Positions 27,530-40,593 of a stretch of DNA of 64,000 nt are shown in pieces. The stretch lies in assembly GCF_006345805.1 (NCBI RefSeq), contig NW_021835983.1:3459-67458 (forward strand), written 5' to 3'. The notes beneath the pieces were generated by a model. That model did no database searches, had not been told where the DNA came from, and saw nothing but the letters and a program-made list of their open reading frames with translations. Made by a program: the position numbers and the translations under genes. The stretch is from Octopus sinensis (lineage: Eukaryota). Each line of letters begins with the position of its first letter. Positions within the stretch are counted from its first letter, which is position 1.

Positions 27530-27902
27530 AGTAATCTTTTGCTGGCGGTGCCCCAGCACGGCCACAGTTATTGGCCGGAACGCATAAAAGAATATATTTA
27601 CATCCACCTATGTCTTTCCCCCTTGTTCTCTTACCGCTAAACATTTTTGTCCGAAGTGCAAACGATTCTGTCAGATCGCTGTCTTAATAGAAATAATTCT
27701 TTCTTCTCTTGACACAAGGACGGAAATGTTTTTGGGGAAAGAGATCGAATCGATTGCAACGAACCCACTGCACAGCTGGTATTTATTTTATCGATACCGA
27801 TTGGATGAATGGCAATTCGGATGGGTGGAATTTGAACTGTAACACCTATTTTATCGACCATTCAGTATCTTATGTGCTTTATATGCAGCTTCCAGTGTAA
27901 CT

Positions 27903-27975
27903 GGCCACGTGGCCTAATGGATAAGGCGTCTGACTTCGAATCAGAAGATTGCGAGTTCGAGTCTCGTCGTGGTCT
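27903..27975 (+). tRNA. tRNA-Arg(TCG) copy 4
   Basis: Identical to copy 2 (GGCCACG type). Confidence 0.93.
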
Positions 27976-28565
27976 AATAATCTTTTGCTGGCGGCAGAAT
28001 CAAAAGAGGTGGCCGTTTCTCGGAAATGCTTCAGAGAATTTTGTTGATTGTGTCCTGATCTTTTTTGATATTCATCTCAAATTTTTGCACAAGGCTTGCA
28101 ATTACAGGGAAGGATGTAAGTCGATTATATTGACCTCCAGTATTCAACTGGTACTTATTTTATCGACTCTGAAAGGATTAAAAGCAAAGTGGGCCACGGC
28201 AGAGTTTGAACTCAGAACGTAAGGATGGACGAAATGTTGCTAAGCATATTATTCGGCGTGTTAAGAATTGAAGGCCATTGGGCGAGAAGCGATCTCACCA
28301 TTTTTTATTCTTTATTGGAACAATCGAATCTGTTCTTCAAAGCACGTCCTCGCTCTTTTGGGACCACATCTCCATTGATGGAGTTGTGAAAAGCTAAACA
28401 GAATCTTATTTCGTTATAGACATGTGGATATATTTTTCAAATCTCTCTTGCTCGTAGGAGGACGAACTCTATGAACAAGTTTGGATTAAATGAATATAAT
28501 GTTTAAATCTATTTTATCGACCATTCAGTATCTTATGCGCTTTATATGCAGCTGTAGATGTTACC

Positions 28566-28638
28566 GGCCGCGTGGCCTAATGGATAAGGCGTCTGACTTC
28601 GAATCAGAAGTTTGCGAGTTCGAATCACGTCGTGGTCT
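28566..28638 (+). tRNA. tRNA-Arg(TCG) copy 5, variant
   Basis: GGCCGCG type with variable loop AAGTT and T-arm GCGAG-TTCGAAT-CACGT, which gives an A.A mismatch in the T-stem. May be impaired. Confidence 0.75.
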
Positions 28639-29016
28639 ACTAATCTTTTGCTGGCGGTGCCCCAGCCCGGCCACAGCTATTGGCCGGAACGCATAAAAGA
28701 ATATATTTACATCCAACTATGTCTTTCCCTCTAGTTCTCTTACCGCTAAACATTTTTGTCCGAAGTGCAAACGATTCTGTCAGATCGCTGTCTTAATAGA
28801 AATAATTCTTTCTTCTCTTGACACAAGGGCGGAAATGTTTTGGGGGAAAGAGATCGAATCGATTGCAACGAACCCATTGCACAGCTGGTATTTATTTTAT
28901 CGATGCCAACGATTGGATGAATGGCAAATTCGTCCTGGGTGGAATTTGAACTGTAAAACCTATTTTATCGACCTTTCAGTATCTTATGTGCTTTATATGC
29001 AGCTTTAAATGTAACT

Positions 29017-29089
29017 GACCACGTGGCTTAATAGATAAGGCGTCTGACTTCGAATCAGAAGATTGCGAGTTCGAGTCTCGTCGTGTTCT
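29017..29089 (+). pseudogene. tRNA-Arg(TCG) copy 6, probable pseudogene
   Basis: GACCACGTGGCTTAATAGATAAGG...CGTGTTCT. Loses a conserved D-loop G (A-box) and has a C.T mismatch in the acceptor stem. Confidence 0.7.
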
Positions 29090-29713
29090 ACTAAACTTTT
29101 GCTGGTGGCAGAATCAAAAGAGGTGGCCGTTTCTCGGAAATGCTTCAGAGAATTTTGTTGATTTTTTCTGATCATTTTTGATATTCATCTCAAATTTTGG
29201 CACAAGGCCAGCAATTACAGGGAAGGATGTAAGTCGATTATATTGACCCCAGTATTTAACTGGTACTTATTTTATCGACTCTGAAAGGAGGAAATGCGAA
29301 GTAGGCCACGACAGAGTTTGAACTCAGAACGTAAGGACGGACGAAATGTTGCTAAGCATATTATTCGGAGTGTTAAGAATTCTTCCAGCTCGCCGCCTCT
29401 ATTATAAAATTTCAGTGGTGAAGGCTATTGAGCGAGAAGCGATCTCACCATCTTTGATTATTTATTGGAACAATCGAATTTGTTCTTCAAAGCACGTCTT
29501 CGCTCCTTTGGGACCAAATCTTTTGATGGAGTTGTGAAAAGCTAAACAGAATCTTATTTCGTTAGAGACACGTGGATATATTTTTCAAATCTGTCTTGCT
29601 CGTAGAAGGACGAACTCTATGAACAAGTTTGGATTAAATGAATATAATGTTTAAGTCTATTTTATCGACCATTCAGTATCTTATGTGCTTTATATGCAGC
29701 TTTGCGTGTAACT

Positions 29714-29786
29714 GGCCACGTGGCCTAATGGATAAGGCGTCTGACTTCGAATCAGAAGATTGCGAGTTCGAATCTCGTCGTGGTCT
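29714..29786 (+). tRNA. tRNA-Arg(TCG) copy 7
   Basis: GGCCACG type, T-loop TTCGAAT, all stems intact, TTTT terminator. Confidence 0.92.
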
Positions 29787-32498
29787 AGTAATCTTTTGCT
29801 GGCGGCAGAATAAAAAAGGTGGCTGTTTATCGGAAATGCTTCAGAGAATTTTGTTGGTTGTGTCCTGATCATTTTTGATATTCATCTCAAATTTTTGCAC
29901 AAAGCTGGCAATTACAGGAAATGATGTAAGTCGATTATATTAACCCCCAGCATTCAACTGGTACTGTTTTGGGAACCAGTATCCAACAATCCGACGAAGT
30001 AACGAAGTAGTTTTACGTTCTCATTCCACCTATTACATATATTAGCCAAATCCCCTCAAAACCTCCACTGTACCGCCATGTAAGTAAATGACATAATACA
30101 TGTTGTAATAGCCAAAAATCTCTAAATATTTAGTGATAGTCATGGATGGAAGTCTTCGATTATAGTTCTGTCCGAGTGAGCTTGACCTGAAGCAAAATAT
30201 TTACAACAAAAAAAAACAAAGATCGCTTGGGGACAATTGAACAATTATTGTCGAAAAGTCATTACTGCGTCCGTAAACTAAAAGTCCATTGGGACATGCA
30301 AACTCCTGATTAAGGGTCGGAAGAGCTTTTTGCATAATGGTGATTTATGAAAAGGACAACAACAACAACAACAGCAACGAGAGATATTCTACCTTCAGTT
30401 CTTGCAGTGAAAACGTTTAGACTTCTTTTTTTTTGCTTTGGACTCAATGGCGATGTTAATAGTTTGGAACGCCATTTTACAAATTCATGTTTAAGAGGAA
30501 GGGGTTTAGCCGAACTCTCTAGTGTCATAAAACAACGTTTTTTATGGCTTTGTAGAATATTGTTGGAAAATGAAGCTGAAACCTTACAATCATTAGGTTT
30601 GTCTTGTGTGTTAGGCCGTATTTACTGTTAGTTTAACTCTTTAATTATCAATTAGATCTAATTACTCATTAGTTATCGTCATTTTAGATCTCCGCAAACT
30701 GTTGCGATGAATATCATTGATGTTCAGTTTTAACTTCCGGTAGCTAATGTCTGGAGGGATTATGGGAAAATGGCAGCAGCAGCAGCAGCAGCAACAACAT
30801 AGAAGTGATGAATTTAAAAGCAAGAACTTTGAGACGAATAAATCGAATTATGAAATACGTAAGGCACCAGTTCAATGTGTGAAGGCGACAGTGAAGTAGA
30901 CAAGATGTCTAACGTTGTGAATCTTATACTATTTACGAAAATATTCCGCGGTCAATGTATATAACAGAATTTATATATTCATTAGAGCCGAAGGGTATCG
31001 GCCATTTGCAATTCCGTATCTTTGTTCTTTGTATGTTCTTAAAAGTAACTGTTCATCGAGTATTTCATCTTCTTGTCTATACAGGTAAGGCAGAAAAATC
31101 TCCCATATTTAACGCTGTATTAGTGTTGCGCTACTAATGTTAGACGGGATGGGGTGGAGTGGGGGGAATAGTGCCTTTATGAAGCTAAGTTTTATTGTTT
31201 TTTTCCTGTTGTTATTATTATGGTTTAAATTGGTAAATAATGTTCATTTGTTGTTGGAACTTTTGTATTGGGGGTTCGAAACCGAACTGCTTGTTCACCG
31301 GTCAGACATCACGACTGAACCACGATATTTCACATACTCGATCTATTAAGCAACCGGTCAGCAGGCTTCTAGAATCTTCTAGAATCTTCTTGTAAACTAT
31401 GAAGGGCCGCTTTTGGCGGTAATTAAACTGCAGAATGTAGAGGCAGCAGAGGGACATGTGTCTCCTTTCTTACAACACCAGACGTCCCGCGCAAGCGGCT
31501 CAAACAGCTGACCGAGAACCACTGTCACCACGAATATAGCACAAATGTTGCGAGTAACGTTGCGCAAGTCGCATGTTGCCATATCGATAGCTTACCGTAA
31601 ACTCCGAGTAGTATGTTTCTCACGGTGTGTAGTTATTACTGTTGTGACCTCCAAAGGGCCAACACAGTTTCACTTAAAGCCCGATAATAAAGTGTTCTGT
31701 TAAATGTTCGCAGATATTGTTTAGTTACTTCTACACACAGCCCAAGAAACATTTTCATTTATCAACTCAACCAGTCACCATCAAGGACCAACCAACAAAC
31801 ACCCAAGCAACATGTTTATCAAGAATGTAGCACCTGGGGCATTTTGCTGCACCCTGTACATCTAAATGTTCTAAACGTGTATAGTCTGTTCTTATTGCCA
31901 AACACCATGTAGCGTTCTTAGAATTTTAAAACTAATATTCTCCGTGATATAAGAAAGAACAATATTCTACGAGTTACATTTAAACATCCATTCGCTAAGA
32001 ACTACATTCTTTGTAAAACTTGTTTCAAATTCTTCATTATATCGAGCGAACAATATATGTTTATATTTCCTTATGTATCTTGTCCAAAACTCTTGTGTTC
32101 TTTATTGTGCAGTTTATCGATCACAAACCAGCCTCGAGTACTTATTTTTTCTTGTCTCCGATTTTTGTGTGCATTAGTCTATACATTCGCCACCAAAATA
32201 TGATGCAAGTACAGCCAGTAGGAACAATATTGTCACAGGCGCCTAAATTGCAATGATTTTCAATCGGCTGCTGATGAGGGGGATAAGATTCCATTGTCTG
32301 TCTGCGTTTGTTATGTATTCGGTTCTCCGGGAAATTTCTTTATTATCGTTCTGTGCCAATTTTCTATACCTCCCTATATGCATATGTATTTGCGTATACA
32401 TACATGTATGCATATATATATATATATGTGTGTGTGTGTGTATGCGTGTGAAAAAATATGTATGTACATATATACACACACATGTCTATGTATATGTA

Positions 32499-32541
<43 letters not shown>

Positions 32542-33321
32542 ATGTATATATACGTATAGATAAATGTGAAAAAATATATATGTATGTACGTATACACACA
32601 AACACACACATATGTATATATGTGTGTGTATGTGTATATATATTGTATGTGTATAAATACGTGTTTGTACATATATATATATATTTGTATGTATGGTTGA
32701 GTATTGTGTGTGCGATGTGTGTGTGTTTGTGGTGTGTGTGTGTGGCAGTTATCTTTTTTTCATCTTTCCTGTTTCTCTATAAGAAAATACATTTTGATTG
32801 AAAAGCTAATCACGAAGACAACCAATTCTTATAAAGCGTCACGTTTGGTGTGAGAAGAATTCTTCTTTCCTCTGTTTTGCAACTGTGACATCTATTACCA
32901 TCCTGTTTTTTTCTTTGTTTTTTTTTTCTATATTATTCCACCATTCTTCCCGTCTATGCTTGTCTGTCTGTATGTCGGTTTTGATGTCCCTTTGTATCCC
33001 CTGAAATCTTTCATACACAAAATCAATGTTCAACATAATCGAACGTGACAAATTATAAAACATCATTTCTAAATTAATTAGTTTTACGAACAAAATGGCG
33101 CAGTGACGTTCAGCCGAGAAACCGTTTGATTCTTTTTTAGATGGCGCTGTTGTTGATGCCATTGTTGCTATCGTTATGGTTGTCGTCGTTGTTATTATTG
33201 TTGTTGCTGTTGTTTATTGGGTGGTGGACTGGCAGATTATGGACTGGGGTTCAGCTTATGGACTTACATTTTACTCTTCACAATTTCTGTCTTTGTGCTA
33301 AAGTTACATGCATTATAGTAT

Positions 33322-34195
33322 TCCTTTCTACTATTGGCACAAGGCCTGAAATTTGGAAGGAGGGTACTAGTCGATTACATCGACCCCAGTGCGTAACTGG
33401 TACTTATTTTAGTGACCCCGAAAAGATGAAAGGTAAAGTCGACCACGGCGGAATTTGAACTCAGACCGTAGCTACAGGCGAAATACCTATTTCTATTTCT
33501 TTACTACCCACAAGGGGCTAAACACAGAGAGGACAAACAAGGACAGACAAACGGATTAAGTCGTTTATATCGACCCCAGTGCGTAACTGGTACTTAATTT
33601 ATCGACCCCGAAAGGATGAAAGGCAAAGTCGACCTCGGCGGAATTTGAACTCAGAACGTAGCGGTAGACGAAATACCGCTGAGAATTTCGCCCGGCGTGC
33701 TAACGATTCTGCCACCTCGCCGCCATACATGCATTATTATATTATAAAGGTATAGTTGGTGAGGGTGGCGACGATGACTGTGGAGAGAGACGTAGGGCAC
33801 AGACTATTTATCTTACAGCATTTCGTATCGTCCTTTGTGTTCTAGGTTCTAATCCTACCGAGATTGACATAACATATAACGATCCTGGAGGTATGATTGC
33901 CAAAGTTGACCGCGGGTGGATTTGAACTCAGAACGTAAAGCGTTGGAGCAAATAGCGCAAAGTATTTTATCGGACGTTCTAACGATTCTGCCAGCTCGCC
34001 GCTGCGGTCCCTGATTTAGGCCAGAAATTTCGAGAACAAGGGTTAGTCGATTTGATTGGTACTTTATTTTATCGACGCTAGAGGGATGAATGGTAAAGTT
34101 GATCCCGGCAGGATTTGAACTCATAGTGTAAAGTATCGGAAGAAATGACGTAAAAGATTTTTTTCTGACGCTTCAATGATTCTTCCAGCGTCATC
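33322..34195 (-). mobile_element. Cluster of Nin-domain SINEs including a head-to-tail dimer (33322-33725)
   Basis: Repeated cgaccccagtgcgtaactggtactt and gaatttgaactcagaacgt blocks; dimer junction gaaatacctatttctatttc at about 33480. Confidence 0.85.
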
Positions 34196-34415
34196 TCTAA
34201 CAAGAACCAACAACAATAAAAACAACAACAACAAAAAGTACAAGAACAACAGCGAAAACTTCGAGAAGAGAATGTACAAAAAAAAAAGAGTTAAAGAAAA
34301 CCATTTCAGAGTAAATTTGCGAACGTTAACGAGAACAATCAGGAAAAGTTGTTTCTTTGTCAGAAGTTTCAAGAGGAATTTTAAATCACGAACGAAAAAA
34401 AAAAGACAACATTTG

Positions 34416-34446
<31 letters not shown>

Positions 34447-34450
34447 AATA

Positions 34451-34485
<35 letters not shown>

Positions 34486-34554
34486 ATAATATAATAATAA
34501 TAATAATAATAATGATAAGATAATAATAATAAATAATATAATAATAATAATAAT

Positions 34555-34586
<32 letters not shown>

Positions 34587-34620
34587 GAATAATAATAATA
34601 ATGATAATAATAATAATAAT

Positions 34621-34652
<32 letters not shown>

Positions 34653-34743
34653 AATAATAATGATAATAATAATAATGATATAATAATAATAATATAATAT
34701 AATAATATATAATAATAATAATAATGATGATAATGATAATATA

Positions 34744-34803
<60 letters not shown>

Positions 34804-34921
34804 TAATAATAATAATAATGATGATAATGATAATAAATAATAATAATGATAATAATAATAATGTTAATAATAATATAATAATAATAATATAATAATAATA
34901 ATAATAATAATGATGATAATG

Positions 34922-34960
<39 letters not shown>

Positions 34961-34981
34961 TTAATAATAATAATAATAATA

Positions 34982-35041
<60 letters not shown>

Positions 35042-35055
35042 AAGAAGAAGAAGAA
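34416..35055. repeat. (TAA)n then (GAA)n microsatellite
   Basis: Direct reading; similar tracts at 38380-38800 and 51715-52140. Confidence 0.97.
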
Positions 35056-35589
35056 AAGGAAGATGTCAGTTTTGAAGAGAAGAATTCGAGATTTTTCAAG
35101 AATCTCATTTCGAAGTCACATGCTCAAATCGAAATTTTTTTTTTTGTTATTTTTTGTTAGATTTATCTTTGCATATAAAAAATAGTATATTTTTGTTTAA
35201 ATATTATTTTTATGGCTGAATGTCTCTTCTTACAACTCGCAGAAGAGATCATGGTAAAAGAAAAGAAAGATATTGAAATATTCTTCAGGTATCTCAGTTG
35301 TAAGTACGGTTCAAAGTTTTTTTTTTATTTTCAGATAATGGTTCCATTCCTCTGAGCCGTGTACTTTATGTATGGAGGCGGAATGGCACCGAGAGAAATG
35401 CATCTTGTTATCGCTGCTATTGTTGCCTACCGCTTCCCACCCACCATGCCACACCTTCACTTCAGTCTTGACCCATGACCCTATCGTCAGTTGCAGGGCG
35501 GTGTCTAAGTGCGTGAAGGTCGGTGGATTCGTGGTTAGGATTTTCGGCCCTCGACCATAGTAAAGGATAAAGCTTCTTTACAAGTCATA

Positions 35590-35795
35590 TAAACTCATAG
35601 GGCCGTTTTTGCCGGTTTCTGAGGCCCATATATTCCTCACCTGGATGCGACGCCGGTCCGTCTCAAGGGTTACTCCTTTTTGCCAGCTGAATGGACTGAA
35701 GCAACGTGGTATGAGGTGTTTTGTTCAAGGACACAAGGCGTTGCCCGGTCTAGGAATCGAAACCATGATCTTACGATCACGAATCCAAAATCCTC
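35590..35795 (-). mobile_element. Older CORE-type SINE
   Basis: Minus strand has B-box ggtttcgattcc followed by gtgtccttgaacaaaacac, a CORE-like motif. Confidence 0.55.
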
Positions 35796-36149
35796 CAACA
35801 CAAATCATAACGTTGTGGGTTCAATATCTGGGTCGGGCAACTCGTTGTCTCCTTCAACACGGTCCTTTATTTCATGCTGTTCCAGTTTCCTCACCTGTAA
35901 TTGAATATCAACCGTAAACTGGCGTAGTTTTCTCTCTTTCGTTGGCACTTCTTCAGTCTTTCGATGAGTCAGTACTTGTCTGGTACTTTGTTGACCTCGG
36001 ATGTATGACAGGTTAAGTTGACCTCAGCCTTATTTGAACTCAGAACGTAAAAAGTCGGAACAAATAACGTAAATGCATTTTCCACACACACAGGATTCGA
36101 CTAAACCATTCTCTCTTATAAATAAAATGATCTGAAAGGCTCTACTTAC

Positions 36150-36293
36150 CGTCAATATCGATCTCCTGCACCATCTGTCGTATTTCATCGACTGAAGGGT
36201 ATTGTCCCAAATCTCGAAGAACCTTTCGTAATTCATCCGTTGAAATGGAACCGTCGCCATCTTTATCGAAGAGTCGGAATGATTCCTTAAGTT
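36150..36293 (-). CDS. Calmodulin-like gene exon, EF-hand 1 and start of EF-hand 2 (ELKESFRLFDKDGDGSISTDELRKVLRDLGQYPSVDEIRQMVQEIDIDG)
   Basis: caaacag|AACTT...GACG|gtaagt. 144 nt, phase 1/1. Canonical loop DKDGDGSISTDE. Absent from the ORF track, which reports another frame here. Confidence 0.95.
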
Positions 36294-36370
36294 CTGTTTG
36301 TAGAAAAAAGAACAGACATCATAAGCAATTAATTATACATACGTGTGTTGTGTGTGTGTGTGTGTGTGTT

Positions 36371-36422
<52 letters not shown>

Positions 36423-37186
36423 TGAGTGTGTGTGTGTGTGTGTTGTGTGTGTGTGTGTGTGTGTGTGTTAGAATGCAGTTGCTAGTGAGTATGTGCTATT
36501 GACGAAGCCTAAGAAGGCGGAAATGCACGTCTAACATTCTCACCATCGTTGCTGGACGATATTCGTTTGCTACAAATATGTTTGTGTTATTGACGCAGTG
36601 CGTCCATAAGAGATACTGTCTCATGACGAATACGACGGTAATTTGACTTTTCAGGATCTATCGTAAGTTAATTTCTATAGTGCAAAGTTAAGTATGTTTT
36701 ATAAGGTTCACTGTAGAGCATGGTCATAGAGTTAAGTTGTGTATTCCTTCGTAAATCAGAAAGCTTACACACACACACATACACGCACACAGAGTTCAAA
36801 TTACAGAAAACAAAAGAGGTGAGGGAATAACAAGCAGGTGTATTAGTTTAACGCTTGGGGAGAATGGAAAAGTATTTGACGTTTCAAGTCTACGCTCTTC
36901 AACAAAAAGGAGTAAGAGAAAAAATAAAAAAACGGAGAGAGAAAATGCGTAGGCATTAACGGTTCAACATTATACATATATATTTTTCAACAAAATCAAT
37001 AACAATATTTAACAAAAGCATCTTTAAATGACGGTGTGACCATCTGCCAAGCAAATGGGAAGCAGTAATTGAAGTAGATGGTGAATATGCTCCGGTATAA
37101 TCATTTAAAGATATTTTTATTACATGTTGCTATTGTTTTTGTTGAATAAAATTTGTTGAAAGAGGCCGCAATAATTATGCACCAAC

Positions 37187-37222
<36 letters not shown>

Positions 37223-37224
<2 letters not shown>

Positions 37225-37288
37225 TCTATACAATATGTTACATTACTCGGTAGTCGACTACCGAGTAATGTAACATATTGTATAGATA
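37223..37288. repeat. Perfect 66-bp palindrome without spacer
   Basis: tatctatacaatatgttacattactcggtagtc|gactaccgagtaatgtaacatattgtatagata. Confidence 0.95.
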
Positions 37289-37369
37289 AATTCCTCTATT
37301 TACATAATATTGAGGTCTCTTTCTTTCTTTTGTTATCTTACCGTTTTATAATATATATATATATATATA

Positions 37370-37493
37370 TATATAAGAAATTAAAAAAGGAAAATACGCA
37401 CACTTACATAGGTTTAATATAATTTTTAATATATAAAAAATTATATTAAAACTATGTAAGTGTGCGTATTTTCCTTTTTTAATTTCTTATATA
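37370..37493. repeat. Inverted repeat, arms about 58 bp
   Basis: tatataagaaattaaaaaaggaaaatacgcacacttacatag pairs with ctatgtaagtgtgcgtattttccttttttaatttcttatata. Confidence 0.92.
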
Positions 37494-37555
37494 CATTACA
37501 ACTCACCACGTGGGGATAATCGAAATTCCTCTTTTTGTTACTACTACTATATATA

Positions 37556-37594
<39 letters not shown>

Positions 37595-38379
37595 CAGTGA
37601 GAATTTATTTAAAAAAAAGACGAAGGCGAGTGTGTAAACAACAAACAGATGTATTAGTTTAACGTCAAGGAAGTGAGAAAGTCTTTTACGTTTCGAGCCT
37701 ACGCTCTTCGACAGAGAGGAACACAGAAATAAGCAGAGAGAGAAAATGAAAAGAGAGAATATATATATATATATAAAACAATCGGAAACATCTGTCATAT
37801 TTATACAACTTCATCGTGGATACGAAAACGGGTATCGATGGGATGACACCGTTTCACATTTTTTCAGCAATCTATATTTATCTATATTAATCTGAGTAAT
37901 CTATATTAATGCCATTATCAAATTGCATTTAAAGTCACTTCTGTTACGTTTTTAACTAAATCATTTAAATTGTTGACATATCTACGCTTGTAAGTTTTTT
38001 TATGTAAATTAATGATAAGCTAGCAGTGTTTATTTTTCATACTAAAGTTTGCTATGGTGTATACCCATAGATTTCAGGTATCCCTGTATTCCGAAAAAAC
38101 AAATGGAATTGTCTAAAACATTCCACTTTCAAATTAAAACAACTGAACTTCAAACTGAAACAGATGAATCTCGTGATAAAACATTTGGACTGTGATTTAA
38201 ATCACGTGACTATTCATTTAAAGTAGACGAATCATTTGTCTTTTAAACAAATGAATATCAATTTAAAATTCATGAAAGTTAATTTAAAACTGAGGAATTC
38301 TTATTTAAAAACCAAAACCAGAAAAAAAAAGTTAAAATCAAATGAGATGAAAAATTTTTAGAAAATGTAAAATACTCAC

Positions 38380-38432
<53 letters not shown>

Positions 38433-38492
38433 TATAATAATAATAATAATAACAACAACAATAATAATAATAATAATAATAATAACAACAAC

Positions 38493-38617
<125 letters not shown>

Positions 38618-38621
38618 CAAC

Positions 38622-38677
<56 letters not shown>

Positions 38678-38679
38678 TG

Positions 38680-38715
<36 letters not shown>

Positions 38716-38738
38716 CAATAATAATAATAATAATAATG

Positions 38739-38771
<33 letters not shown>

Positions 38772-38840
38772 TAATAATAATAATAATAATAATAACGATG
38801 ACGACGACGATGGTGATAATGGCGAAGGTGTTAATGATGA

Positions 38841-38874
<34 letters not shown>

Positions 38875-39392
38875 GGTGGTGGTGGTGGTGGTGGTGGTGG
38901 TGTTAGTAGTGCAATGATGAATAACAATAACAATGATAAAAGTGACGATGACGAAGCAGATAATTAAAAATGTATTAATTATTACCGTAATTATTATGGT
39001 TCTTTTTTTTTGGTTTAATATTTAAAGACTTCATCGACGTCTAGATTGCATTGTTCCTCAATAATGAAAAAAGAATGCGTAAATAAAATGGCCTCCAGGC
39101 GTAGCTTTAACAGTGGTGAGTTTGTTCATTACGAGACGGAAGACAATGTTGGAGAGATATGTCAACTGTCTCAACAAGCCATATTTTCTTACAGTGGGTC
39201 GTTTAGAGATCGCAAAAAAAAAACAAAGAATGGAAGAATGCGATAGATGGAATTGTTGAGAATCGCATTGTTAAAGTGTTCAGGTTTGTATAGGAATAAA
39301 CACACAAATACATGCAGTCATGTGTTCGCACTTCTCTCTCTCTCTCTCTTTCTCTGTCTGTCTGTCTGTTTGTCTCTCTCTCTCTCTCTCTC

Positions 39393-39440
<48 letters not shown>

Positions 39441-39720
39441 ACACACACACACACACACGTATCTTCTTTTATTCTTTTGCTTGTTTCAGTAATTTGGCTG
39501 CGGTCATGCTGGAGCACCGCCTTTTAGTCGAAGAAATCGATCGCAAGTCTTATTATTTGTAATTCTGGTACTTAACTCTATCGTTCTCTTTAATCGAGTC
39601 GCTAATTTACGGGGACATAAGCATACCAACATCGGTTGTCAAGCGATGTCTCGGAGGACATACAAACACAGGGACAAAGACACACACACATAAATATATG
39701 TGTGTATATATTTATATGAC

Positions 39721-39754
<34 letters not shown>

Positions 39755-39763
39755 ATATATGTA

Positions 39764-39798
<35 letters not shown>

Positions 39799-39827
39799 AT
39801 CTATATATATATATATATCTATATATA

Positions 39828-39859
<32 letters not shown>

Positions 39860-40130
39860 GAAAGAAGGTTTGAAAATGCAATTTTAAAGATGTTTATTCA
39901 TTTGACCGGTTTCACTTTTTTAGAAAAAGATTGTCAAAAGTAACATGTAAAAGCTTTGTTGTGTTAAATACTGGTTGTCACAAAATATTAAAATAGATAT
40001 ATATACATTCTTTGATAATAATAAGAAAATGTTAAAAACAGTTTACAAGGAATATCTTGAGAAAATATTAAACAAAAATTTCAATAAACAGTTTTTGTGA
40101 TATTTCTGCTGCTTTTTAATAAAGTATATA

Positions 40131-40207
<77 letters not shown>

Positions 40208-40553
40208 ATAACTAGCAAAGTAGCTAGTTCTTGAAATCTCTAAAAGATTAACTCTACTGAAAACTAATGGCCTCAATGCAGTCGCTCGTGTTTAACCCTA
40301 ACCCTAATCCTACGGGACAGCCATGTTAAGGCGGTAACATATATATGTGTGTGTGTATGTATGTATGTATGTATGTATGTATAAGCGTATACATGAATCA
40401 TCAAGACCATAAATGTGTTCAGCTTTTCTTGTATAAGTCTTCTATAAGATGCTTCAGGGTTTTTCCTTATATGGTTACGTGTAATCGATTATTATTATTG
40501 CTGCAAAAAACAATGATTTGTGATGGGTTATCGGAAGAATTTAGCATATTTAC

Positions 40554-40593
40554 CTTTAATTTGTGATTCTGAATACTTTTGGAGAATGCTTTC
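40554..40593 (-). CDS. Calmodulin-like gene exon (ESILQKYSESQIK+G)
   Basis: ttttttctttcag|GAAAGC...ATTAAAG|gtaaat. 40 nt, phase 0 to 1. YSESQIKE aligns with calmodulin LTEEQIAE and joins the next exon in frame. Confidence 0.85.

Larger units (their letters stand above)
24335..29965. repeat. Higher-order tandem array (about 1.1-kb unit with two tRNA-Arg genes and SINE-derived spacers, plus about 410-bp tRNA-less sub-repeats)
   Basis: tRNA start-to-start spacings are 446, 1928, 446, 663, 451 and 697 bp. Spacer blocks such as ttattggaacaatcgaatctgttcttcaaagcac recur almost verbatim. Confidence 0.95.

Noticed and set aside
24335-29965. CRISPR-like reading of the regularly recurring 73-nt sequence, and the short repeated ORFs (WPRGLMDKASDFESEDCEFESRRG)
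   Set aside because: The repeats are tRNA genes, the spacers are themselves repeated, there are no cas genes, and the ORFs are incidental translations of tRNA.
36030-36260. ORF-track protein MATVPFQRMNYERFF...
   Set aside because: Wrong frame overlapping the real EF-hand exon; the same applies to ORF 10389..10844.
40211-40340. Helitron-like CTAG end and telomere-like TAACCC repeats
   Set aside because: Only 2-3 hexamers and no convincing subterminal hairpin.
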